From assembly GCA_965267575.1 (NCBI GenBank), contig OZ254086.1, forward strand, positions 1,280,001 through 1,344,000: 64,000 bases of DNA, in the 5' to 3' direction. This document shows, piece by piece, positions 1 to 7,998 of this stretch. The notes beneath the pieces were generated by a model. That model saw only the letters and a program-made list of their open reading frames with translations, was not told the origin of the DNA and searched no databases. Every line of letters starts with the position of its first letter. Positions within the stretch are counted from its first letter, which is position 1. The DNA comes from Calditrichales bacterium. Its GTDB lineage: Bacteria > Calditrichota > Calditrichia > Calditrichales > J004. Both the position numbers and the translations under genes were made by a program.

Positions 1-1372
1 GTTCTGCTCCAAGCGCCATATCATATTCGCCCCAATCCGGTTGGAACAAAGTTTCATTGTCAGGTCCTGTCACTGTGCAGTTTGTAAATGTCATCAGCAG
101 GTTTTTGCCATTTTCGCGCAGTGTCTTTAATAATTCTCCGCGTACACGCACCCCGCCCTCAAAGCGCAGGTCGTAAATACCGTCATCGTTTTGAAACTGC
201 TCCAGCTCGGCCTCAGTCATATCTTCCAGCGGCTTTGGATTATCTTCCAGAACGCCGACCGGCGATCCGTAGCCTCCTTTGTGGTAGTCCGGGCCGTGAC
301 CCTCAAGAATATGGTTTTTATAGGACAGACTGGTCGGACCTTCAGTTTTAATATACACCGGTTCATCGCCGTTAATGATCGCGATTTTAAATAGCCCCGA
401 GACCTGCAGACCGCTGGAATATTGGCATGTAGCTTCGGTACCCGATTCAAGCGCCTTTCTCAGGCCGAAAGCTCCGCCTTTTCGAAAAGCCATGCCATCG
501 GCGAATTCTTCAAGCACATCCAGCAAATGCTGCCAGTCGCGATTTACAAATAGCTGCGGCTGTTCTTTTGTGATGTCGTAATTGTATTCCGTGCATTCGA
601 TAGTGAGTGGCAGCTTTTTGACCCGTGGACCCATACAGTTTTTGCTTTCTCCCACGGAGCTTAACAATCCGGCCCCGTAAAGCTTGTAATCTTCCACGTT
701 ACCAATCAGGCCGTATTCCACTGTCCACCAATGCAACCGCGACAACTTGGTCATTTCACTTGGATTTGTGTTCTGCTCAATCTTTTCGGCAAGATCCTTT
801 TCCGCATCTTCAATTTCCTTGTCCGTTGTTTCCGGGTATTCCTTGATGATGGAGAGATATCGGATCGCTTCGTAAATCTCCTGGTCCAGTTTTGAGCTGA
901 ATGCTTTTGTACCGTAATAGCCGAATTTCTGCAGGAACTCGCTGTATTTTTCGTCGGCAATTATCGGCGCATGTCCCGCCGCCTCGTGCACAATATCCGG
1001 TGCCGGCGTATAAAGAACATGTTTGATGTTGCGGATGTCCGCTGAAATTACAAGTATTTTATGATACTGAAATTCCATAAAAACAGCCGGCGGCAAAAAG
1101 CCGTCCACGATGACTGCTTTCCAGCCTATGCGTTCCAGACAATCATTCATTTCATCTATGTCCGGAACGTGGCTAATGCTGATGCCGGTTTTGGAGAGTC
1201 CTTCCATGTAAGCAGGATGCGCATGTTTTTTCAGAAAATCGATGTTTCGACGCATGATATAGCGCCAAACCGCCTGATCCTGCCAGGTGTAGCGATCATA
1301 GTTCTGATCAACCACATATTGTCTCAGGTGCTTGGGTATGCTTTCATAGAGAATGCGAAACTTTTCAGTCAT
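1..1372 (-). CDS. phhA: Long-form pterin-dependent aromatic amino acid (phenylalanine 4-) hydroxylase; 3' end runs off the window; absent from the ORF track
   Basis: Manual translation from the ATG at 1372 gives MTEKFRILYESIPKHLRQYVVDQNYDRYTWQDQAVWRYIM...YTPAPDIVHEAAGHAP...LSRLHWWTVEYGLIG...YGAGLLSSVGE. This carries the HxxxxH...E iron triad and the YGAGLLSS signature. The frame is open to position 1. Confidence 0.9.
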   Translation of the reverse strand, partial: MTEKFRILYESIPKHLRQYVVDQNYDRYTWQDQAVWRYIMRRNIDFLKKHAHPAYMEGLSKTGISISHVPDIDEMNDCLERIGWKAVIVDGFLPPAVFMEFQYHKILVISADIRNIKHVLYTPAPDIVHEAAGHAPIIADEKYSEFLQKFGYYGTKAFSSKLDQEIYEAIRYLSIIKEYPETTDKEIEDAEKDLAEKIEQNTNPSEMTKLSRLHWWTVEYGLIGNVEDYKLYGAGLLSSVGESKNCMGPRVKKLPLTIECTEYNYDITKEQPQLFVNRDWQHLLDVLEEFADGMAFRKGGAFGLRKALESGTEATCQYSSGLQVSGLFKIAIINGDEPVYIKTEGPTSLSYKNHILEGHGPDYHKGGYGSPVGVLEDNPKPLEDMTEAELEQFQNDDGIYDLRFEGGVRVRGELLKTLRENGKNLLMTFTNCTVTGPDNETLFQPDWGEYDMALGAE

Positions 1373-4300
1373 TTTTTACCTCTTTTTTATTAGACTTTTT
1401 TTCCGGCAGCAACGCTTTTTTAATTTTGCCAAGGTCATAGCCGCTCTCTCCGGCCAGCTTCTTTGCCCTGTCCAGGCCGGCAATCACGCTTCGGTTGAAT
1501 GTGACCAAACCGCCCTTCGAATGCATCATTATGTAAACAAAAGCCTGCCAGTCCAGAAAATGCTCCCAGCGCTCCTTATTGATATACTCCTGTCCCTGGT
1601 AAACGTTATGGGCGAGGATCTCCCTCACATCAGACAAATTAAGAAACTCGCCAAGCTTGTCAACCGACGGCTCCGCTTCGATCATTTCAAATAAATTCTC
1701 ATACTTGACGCTTATGGCAACATTCTTACGCGCCAGTCCATCAAGGTCATCCATAGTGCGCTTAATGATTTTGTTCATAAACCAGTTGTTCCAGCTTTTT
1801 TCCGCGTTAGCCCCCGAATGGTACGATAGCATAATTTGCAAAGTAGCGACAACGGCCAGTGTTTTCAGCTCAATTTCGGTGGACCATTTTTCAATAAAAT
1901 GCTTTTCCGCTTCGGTCTTCCTGGCCATTTTCTGAATTGCCGTGCTGTTTTTATGTATCCGGGTCCAGCGTTTAAAAAGCAGGGTTTCCAGTTTTGTTTT
2001 ATCGGATTCCCATTCCGCAAAGCTCCAGACCGCGTCAATAAAGCGCACCGGCTGCACAATATCCTCACGCTTGAATGCCTCTTTGCGGTTATGCCATTTC
2101 GTGTTGAGAATATGCCCGATCAGGTTTTCCATGGCTGTTATGAGCGGCGCCAGCTTAAGTTCCTCCATGGCATCGTCCACCGACGCCACAGCACGTCCCT
2201 GCAAGCGGCTGTACAGTTCGTGATATGGATGCTCCTGATTATGATATACAATACGGATTGGTGTAAAGACCATATATTTAAAAGCCCCTAATTGCGCGTA
2301 AAAGCCCGATTCAATTATTTCCGTACTGCGGCGCAGGACCTCCGTCTGGCTGATATGATCATGAAGGATTACATACTGGTTGGGATCATGCGACAGGCCA
2401 AGACCATCCGCCAGCGATGTACGCCGTAGATTATCGTTACCGTCGTTATAGCCAACGCTTGTTCTTACCCAGCCGGCCGTATCATTGTATTTATTATTAT
2501 AAAGAACCAGACTGCGCTCATCATGATAGATATTGCTGTAGCAAAAAACGTTCTCATCAACTGTGCCGTGCATGGTTTCAAAATCGTAAAACAGGAAATG
2601 ATCCACTTCACTGAACAGGCGGCGCTTTTTAAGCAGGGGAAAGACTTCAAGCTTGTGGCGGTTTACCAGGTACTCATCGTCTTTTTCGTCCCAGTAGGCG
2701 CGTCTGTATTCCATGCCGTATTTTTCAGAATAACCTTCTATCTGTCCGTGCCCGAACATAGGCAAACCCGGCATCGTACACATCAAAATACAAATTCCAA
2801 AATACTTATCGCCTTTTCCGAACTGCGCCACGGCCGTCTCTTCATCCGGGTTGTTCATAAAATTGACATAGCGCTTTAAAATTTGCGGATTGAATTCCAG
2901 CACGTTTCTAATCATCTCACGGTACTTGGCGTTTTCTTCTTTCTTGAGCATATTCATGAACGCGCTGTTGTAAACACGGTGCATGCCCAGCGAGCGAACA
3001 AAATAGCCTTCCATCATCCAGAAAGCCTCCGCCAGCAACAATGTATCCGGCACCTCCTGCTGAACACGGTCAACGACCTCGCGCCAAAATTCTACGGGAA
3101 ATAATTCATTGAACTGGTCTTTGGTAAGCCCGTGTTCTGCCCGCGAAGGAATATCCCCTCCGCTGCCTGGTTCCGGAAACCATAGCCGCTGGAAATGTCG
3201 CTTTGCCAGCGTCATTGCTGCATCGAAGCGAATAATGGGAAACTGTCGTGCCACATGCAAAATCGTTTGTACAACGGCTTCGCGCACCTGCGGGTTAAGA
3301 TAGTTGAGCTGCGCTGTGTCGTTCCAGGGCATGCCGGTGCCATCGTTGCCATGGTAGATATAGCGAGCCCGGTTATCGCGGTGATCCCATATTTTAAAGA
3401 CCACTGCGGCGTCGGTTTTATCCCAGTAGCCATCCTCGATGTGGATGCTTAAATCAGGATCTTCGCTTAAATCTACACCATGAAAACTATATCCCGGAAA
3501 CGGCGGGTGTTCGGATTGAACGAACCAGTCCGGATGTTGTTTTATCCAGCGGCTGTCCAGACCTGTGTGATTAGGCACCATATCGGACGCCAGGCGGATG
3601 CCCCGTCTCCACGCTCTGTCCCGCAAATTGTAATAGGCCTGCTCACCGCCCAGATCATTGGCAATAACATAATCATACAAAGAATAGGCTGAGGCCACGG
3701 CTTCAGGGTTTCCGTTGATCTGCTTGATCTTTCGCGAAGCACTGCTGCGCTCCCAGACACCGATAAGCCATAATCCGGTAATGCCAAAATTCGCCAGCCT
3801 GTTCAGCTCTTCATCGGGGATTTGGTCCAGGCGGTTTATTTCCAGACCATATTTTTTGGAAAGTTGATCCAGCCAGACATACGTACTTTTCGCAATCAGC
3901 ACAAGGTGAGGCATCCAGTCCAGGTCCGGGCTGAATTGCTCCGGTTCAAACTCATATTCCGGGCCGAATCCGGGCACATTTGTCTCCGGCTCGTGAAACA
4001 CTCCCGGATCAAAGCGTTTTGCTTCCTCACGGAACAGGTCCATGCTCATCAGGATAAGCGAAAGAAAACCACCGGCCAGATCGCGCCAGCGTGAGCGTAT
4101 AAATTCCAGCTGATCGTAGACTGACTCCGGGTGACTGAGCAAAGGACTCAACAGAAAATCAATAAGCGACAAATCAGTACCGGGCACACTGGCCTGTTTA
4201 CGTAAGTAAGCCGTTAAACCGCCAAGCGCCTTTTCATATATGTCGGTAAGCTTCAGCTCCGAATCGTTGATCAGCTCCTTGATATTTTTATAGGCAGGAT

Positions 4301-4808
4301 TGCGGTTGTTAAGCCACTGTACGAGCATCTCCTCCATAACAATTTCGCGGTTGGACAGCTCGCCGCTCTGGCCCTTTATATATTGCGCTGCGGTTATTTC
4401 CCCCCTGTAAACCGCCGGTGGCGGAAATATATCAACAAAGCGCGCTAACAGTGCATCCCGGTTTTTGGTGCCATATTCCCCGGCCAGCCTGTCCAGGATG
4501 TCATTTAAAACGGATGGGTTTACCTGCTTGCGGTAATTTTCAATCACAAAATGGAAGATCTCATCAATCAGACCCATCGCCTGTATTTCTGCCGCGCTGA
4601 CCCCCTGACCCGGCGGACGCGTCGCGTTGATCTTTTGAGCAAAGCGCCGGGCTCCGTTAAAGTTTGCAAAAACGACCCTTCCGCGTATGGAGAAAAGATC
4701 TTCATCAAAGCGGTACTTATCCCTGGAAGCGCGGGTTACGTGAAAATGAAAAAGCGGAGATTGTTCATCACCTGTATTGTGATTTTTCTGGTCAACGGTG
4801 AGGATCAT
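1365..4808 (-). CDS. Large cytoplasmic GH13 alpha-amylase-family glycosyl hydrolase (~1147 aa)
   Basis: GH13 regions DMVPNH, IRFDAA (nucleophile), LAEAFW (acid/base) and FMNNPDE. No signal peptide. The ATG at 4808 has an upstream AAGGGA; the ORF track start is 4850. Confidence 0.85.
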   Translation of the reverse strand: MILTVDQKNHNTGDEQSPLFHFHVTRASRDKYRFDEDLFSIRGRVVFANFNGARRFAQKINATRPPGQGVSAAEIQAMGLIDEIFHFVIENYRKQVNPSVLNDILDRLAGEYGTKNRDALLARFVDIFPPPAVYRGEITAAQYIKGQSGELSNREIVMEEMLVQWLNNRNPAYKNIKELINDSELKLTDIYEKALGGLTAYLRKQASVPGTDLSLIDFLLSPLLSHPESVYDQLEFIRSRWRDLAGGFLSLILMSMDLFREEAKRFDPGVFHEPETNVPGFGPEYEFEPEQFSPDLDWMPHLVLIAKSTYVWLDQLSKKYGLEINRLDQIPDEELNRLANFGITGLWLIGVWERSSASRKIKQINGNPEAVASAYSLYDYVIANDLGGEQAYYNLRDRAWRRGIRLASDMVPNHTGLDSRWIKQHPDWFVQSEHPPFPGYSFHGVDLSEDPDLSIHIEDGYWDKTDAAVVFKIWDHRDNRARYIYHGNDGTGMPWNDTAQLNYLNPQVREAVVQTILHVARQFPIIRFDAAMTLAKRHFQRLWFPEPGSGGDIPSRAEHGLTKDQFNELFPVEFWREVVDRVQQEVPDTLLLAEAFWMMEGYFVRSLGMHRVYNSAFMNMLKKEENAKYREMIRNVLEFNPQILKRYVNFMNNPDEETAVAQFGKGDKYFGICILMCTMPGLPMFGHGQIEGYSEKYGMEYRRAYWDEKDDEYLVNRHKLEVFPLLKKRRLFSEVDHFLFYDFETMHGTVDENVFCYSNIYHDERSLVLYNNKYNDTAGWVRTSVGYNDGNDNLRRTSLADGLGLSHDPNQYVILHDHISQTEVLRRSTEIIESGFYAQLGAFKYMVFTPIRIVYHNQEHPYHELYSRLQGRAVASVDDAMEELKLAPLITAMENLIGHILNTKWHNRKEAFKREDIVQPVRFIDAVWSFAEWESDKTKLETLLFKRWTRIHKNSTAIQKMARKTEAEKHFIEKWSTEIELKTLAVVATLQIMLSYHSGANAEKSWNNWFMNKIIKRTMDDLDGLARKNVAISVKYENLFEMIEAEPSVDKLGEFLNLSDVREILAHNVYQGQEYINKERWEHFLDWQAFVYIMMHSKGGLVTFNRSVIAGLDRAKKLAGESGYDLGKIKKALLPEKKSNKKEVKND

Positions 4809-4873
4809 CTTTTTCCCTTGAATAATTCTTAATAGGTTAACGTTTATCATCCTGCCAATTTAAAGGAGCTAAA

Positions 4874-5512
4874 GTGGAATTTAACTATAAACCTCGTGTA
4901 ATTTACGGTATGAACAGCTTTGATGAAAAATCCCTTAAAAAAGACCCGTTCGAACAATTCCATATCTGGCTCAAAGAGGCTATGGACAGCGGTTTGCGGG
5001 AGCCCAATGCCATGACCCTGGCCACAGTGGATCAAAACGGCCAGCCTTGTGCACGTATGGTATTGCTGAAAGAACTAAATGATAAAGGATTTGTCTTCTA
5101 TACCAATTATAAAAGCGATAAGTCGCTGCAACTGCAAAGCAATTCACAGTGTGCGCTTGTATTTTGGTGGGACAAACTGGAGCGGCAGGTGAGAATACGG
5201 GGCAATGCTGAAAAAATAGATTCCGGCATCTCCGACGATTACTTTGCCACAAGACCTCGCGGCAGCCAGATTGCGGCATGGGCCAGTGCACAAAGTTCAG
5301 TTATCTTATCTCGTGATGCACTTGAAAGGGAGTTCAAAAGCGCGGAAAAACGTTTTGCCGATTCAGCTATCCCAAGGCCCGAACATTGGGGCGGCTATTT
5401 TGTCATTCCGGATTCAATCGAATTCTGGCAGGGAAGAAAAAACCGCCTTCATGACAGATTGCTTTTTACCCGCGGTGAAAATGCCTGGCAAATACAGCGG
5501 CTTGCTCCCTGA
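4874..5512 (+). CDS. pdxH: Pyridoxamine 5'-phosphate oxidase
   Basis: EPNAMTLAT, RMVLLK, FYTNYKSDK, RPRGSQIAAWAS, EFWQGRKNRLHDR and a C-terminal RLAP. AAGGAG precedes the GTG start. Confidence 0.97.
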   Translation: MEFNYKPRVIYGMNSFDEKSLKKDPFEQFHIWLKEAMDSGLREPNAMTLATVDQNGQPCARMVLLKELNDKGFVFYTNYKSDKSLQLQSNSQCALVFWWDKLERQVRIRGNAEKIDSGISDDYFATRPRGSQIAAWASAQSSVILSRDALEREFKSAEKRFADSAIPRPEHWGGYFVIPDSIEFWQGRKNRLHDRLLFTRGENAWQIQRLAP

Positions 5513-5522
5513 TCCTATTAAC

Positions 5523-5553
5523 AAAAAAGGCTGCCAAACCGGGGCAGCCTTTT
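5523..5553. terminator. Bidirectional intrinsic terminator between convergent pdxH and the GHL10 gene
   Basis: AAAAAAGGCTGCC-AAACCGG-GGCAGCCTTTT hairpin with A and T tracts on both sides. Confidence 0.85.
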
Positions 5554-5578
5554 CACTTATATTAACCGTTTCTATTTC

Positions 5579-7930
5579 CTATTTCAAAACCATCATTTTA
5601 CGTACCTGTACTTTATTGCCCTGTACAAGCCTGTAAATATAAATACCGGTTGGCAACGAGCTGGCGTCAAAATGTGCCTGATGCACTCCGGCCGGGAGAT
5701 TGCCGTCAACAAGTGTTGCAACTTTCTGGCCCAATACGTTATAGACGATGAGACTCGTATAGCCAGCCCGTGCCACACTGAAATCAATGGTGGTAACGGG
5801 GTTGAACGGGTTGGGATAATTTTGACCCAGCTTAAAGCTGAGCGGTTTATTCTGATCTTCAAAAATTGAGGTAACTGTTCGTAGAGCCCATACTTCCGAG
5901 AAATTACTGCTGCCATATTCGTTGGAGGCCGATACGCGCCAGTAATATCGCGTGTAGTCATTAAGACCGGAGATGGTGATTGAAGTATCGGTGACCACCG
6001 TATCCAGAATTACGGTTCCCTCCTGGAAGAAGGAGCTTGTCCCCAGCTGATAGCGATAAACATCCGCGGAATCAGCAGGATACCACTCAAATGTCATCTC
6101 CAAAGGAATATTGACCGTGCCGCTGCGTGGGAAACTGAGTTCCGGGGCAACCGGAAAACCGGTTGTAAAGTTGTATGCCTGCGAGTAATCGCTGTGTCCG
6201 GCGGCGTTACCTGTTTTTGTTCGCCAGTAATAGGTGCTTAAGCCCTCCAGTCCTGTAACACTGGCTTGCGTATCCTGAACCGATTCCGTTAATACAATCG
6301 ACTCAAATTGATTGTCCGCAGCCACTTCAACCGTATATGCCCCGGCCTGGTCAACAACCGACCATGAAAGCATGGTCGTGTCCGATTGGTTTTTGGCCCC
6401 GTCAGCCGGCATAACAAGCGTCGGTTTTTCGGGCGGCGTTACGGTAATGACGTTGCTGGGAAAACTCTCGTTATAGTTACGGTCCAGCGCGCGCACCAAA
6501 AAATAGAATTGATCCTGATTTTCCTCAGGGATCGGCGGGCTGAAAGATCTTTTGTTTGTGACATCCAGGATGTATTGCGGCAATTCCAGGTCTTCGATCA
6601 ACGGGGCCTCTTCAAATCTATAAATCACATAGCGCGAAGCCGAATCCCCGTCGGTCGCCTGAAAAGGCAAATCCCACTGCAAGCTGAAAACACCGTTGCT
6701 TTCATTCTGCGCGTAGGCCAGGTTTTGCGGCTCATTGGGCGGCACAATATCCTTCCAGTCCATAACGGGCAGCAAAGCAGGGTAGCGATAATAATTGTTC
6801 TTAAGGCTATCGGTTACCCCTTTGGGGTTCTCAAAAAAGTTATCCGCGCGGAAGAAAACGCTGCCCAGGCTGTTTTCCGTTTCGCGGTTCAGGCGAATTT
6901 GACGAGGTATTTCATCGGAAGCCCAACCGGATTGGCGGTATAAGGCCTGGCCCGGGTAGAGATGGCGTCCGTTTATCCGGGCATCATCAGCCCACCAGGG
7001 CATCAGTTTGCCGTAGTCCTGTCCGCCGCCAAAAGGCCAGTATAGCTGTGGCGTCAGGTAATCCAGGTATTCTCTGTCCATCCATGTCGGCGCGTCACAA
7101 TAGATCACATTATAGGCATCCAAACCTGTTATGCCCGGCGGCACGCCGTTTTTCCAAATACCGAAAGGACTGATACCAAATTTTACATGCGGCTTAATGG
7201 CCTGAATACTGTCAGCCACCATGCCAACAAGGATATTTACGTTCTCGCGGCGCCATTCTCCGCGATTGGTAAAATCACCTTTATAAGCATCCCATGTTTC
7301 CTGGTCGTCGCTGTTGGTCGTTCCCTCATAAGGGTAGAAATAATCGTCAAAATGAACGCCATCGACATCATAGCGTCGTACGACATCCGTGATAATACCG
7401 GCGACATACTCGCGTACATCCGGAATGCCCGGATCAAGCATGATCAAGTCATTCTTTTTAAAATGCCACTCGGGATGTTCACTATAAATGTGATCGGGAG
7501 ATAGAGTATAGGTACCTTCTTCCCTGACCGATCGATAAGGATTAAACCAGGCATGAAGCTCCATGCCACGGGCATGTGCTTCTTCTATCGCAAATTCCAA
7601 CGGATCGTAATACGGTGAAGGCGGCGAGCCTTGCGAACCTGTAAGCCAGTATGACCACGGTTCATAAGGTGAGTCATAAAGCGCGTCGCATTCCGGCCGG
7701 ACCTGAAAGATTACCACGTTTATGCCAACTTCTTTCAATTCATCCAGCAGGGTTATCAATTCTTCTTTCTGTGCCGCGGTACCCGTAGTCGGGTTAGCCG
7801 GCCAGTCCAGATTGACAACGGTGGCTATCCATGCCGCGCGGAATTCGCGTTTTGGAGGGTCAGCCTGCGCAAAGCAGGAGGCCTGAAATCCAAAAAGCAA
7901 AAGCAAAAAAATGTATCCGATCCTATTCAT
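5579..7930 (-). CDS. Secreted GHL10 (YddW/DigH-like) glycoside hydrolase with FN3/Ig-like domains and a T9SS type-A CTD
   Basis: Signal peptide; EFRAAWIATVVNLDWP, GMELHAWFNPYR, YDVDGVHFDDYFYPY, FGISPFGIW, DYLTPQLYW; YYWRV FN3-like repeats; C-terminal QNYPNPFNP...GIYIYRL...RKMMVLK. Confidence 0.9.
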   Translation of the reverse strand: MNRIGYIFLLLLFGFQASCFAQADPPKREFRAAWIATVVNLDWPANPTTGTAAQKEELITLLDELKEVGINVVIFQVRPECDALYDSPYEPWSYWLTGSQGSPPSPYYDPLEFAIEEAHARGMELHAWFNPYRSVREEGTYTLSPDHIYSEHPEWHFKKNDLIMLDPGIPDVREYVAGIITDVVRRYDVDGVHFDDYFYPYEGTTNSDDQETWDAYKGDFTNRGEWRRENVNILVGMVADSIQAIKPHVKFGISPFGIWKNGVPPGITGLDAYNVIYCDAPTWMDREYLDYLTPQLYWPFGGGQDYGKLMPWWADDARINGRHLYPGQALYRQSGWASDEIPRQIRLNRETENSLGSVFFRADNFFENPKGVTDSLKNNYYRYPALLPVMDWKDIVPPNEPQNLAYAQNESNGVFSLQWDLPFQATDGDSASRYVIYRFEEAPLIEDLELPQYILDVTNKRSFSPPIPEENQDQFYFLVRALDRNYNESFPSNVITVTPPEKPTLVMPADGAKNQSDTTMLSWSVVDQAGAYTVEVAADNQFESIVLTESVQDTQASVTGLEGLSTYYWRTKTGNAAGHSDYSQAYNFTTGFPVAPELSFPRSGTVNIPLEMTFEWYPADSADVYRYQLGTSSFFQEGTVILDTVVTDTSITISGLNDYTRYYWRVSASNEYGSSNFSEVWALRTVTSIFEDQNKPLSFKLGQNYPNPFNPVTTIDFSVARAGYTSLIVYNVLGQKVATLVDGNLPAGVHQAHFDASSLPTGIYIYRLVQGNKVQVRKMMVLK

Positions 7931-7947
7931 TACACATTCCTCAAGTT

Positions 7948-7980
7948 AAAAAAAGGGCACCCAGGTATGGATGCCCTTTT
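7948..7980 (-). terminator. Intrinsic terminator after the 855-aa T9SS cargo gene
   Basis: Minus strand reads AAAAGGGCATCC-ATACCT-GGGTGCCCTTTTTTT. Confidence 0.8.
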
Positions 7981-7998
7981 AGACTTTTACATTAAATA

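Noticed and set aside
88-1393. Short ORFs listed by the track in the first 1.4 kb
   Set aside because: All overlap the minus-strand hydroxylase frame, which the track omitted because its stop lies outside the window
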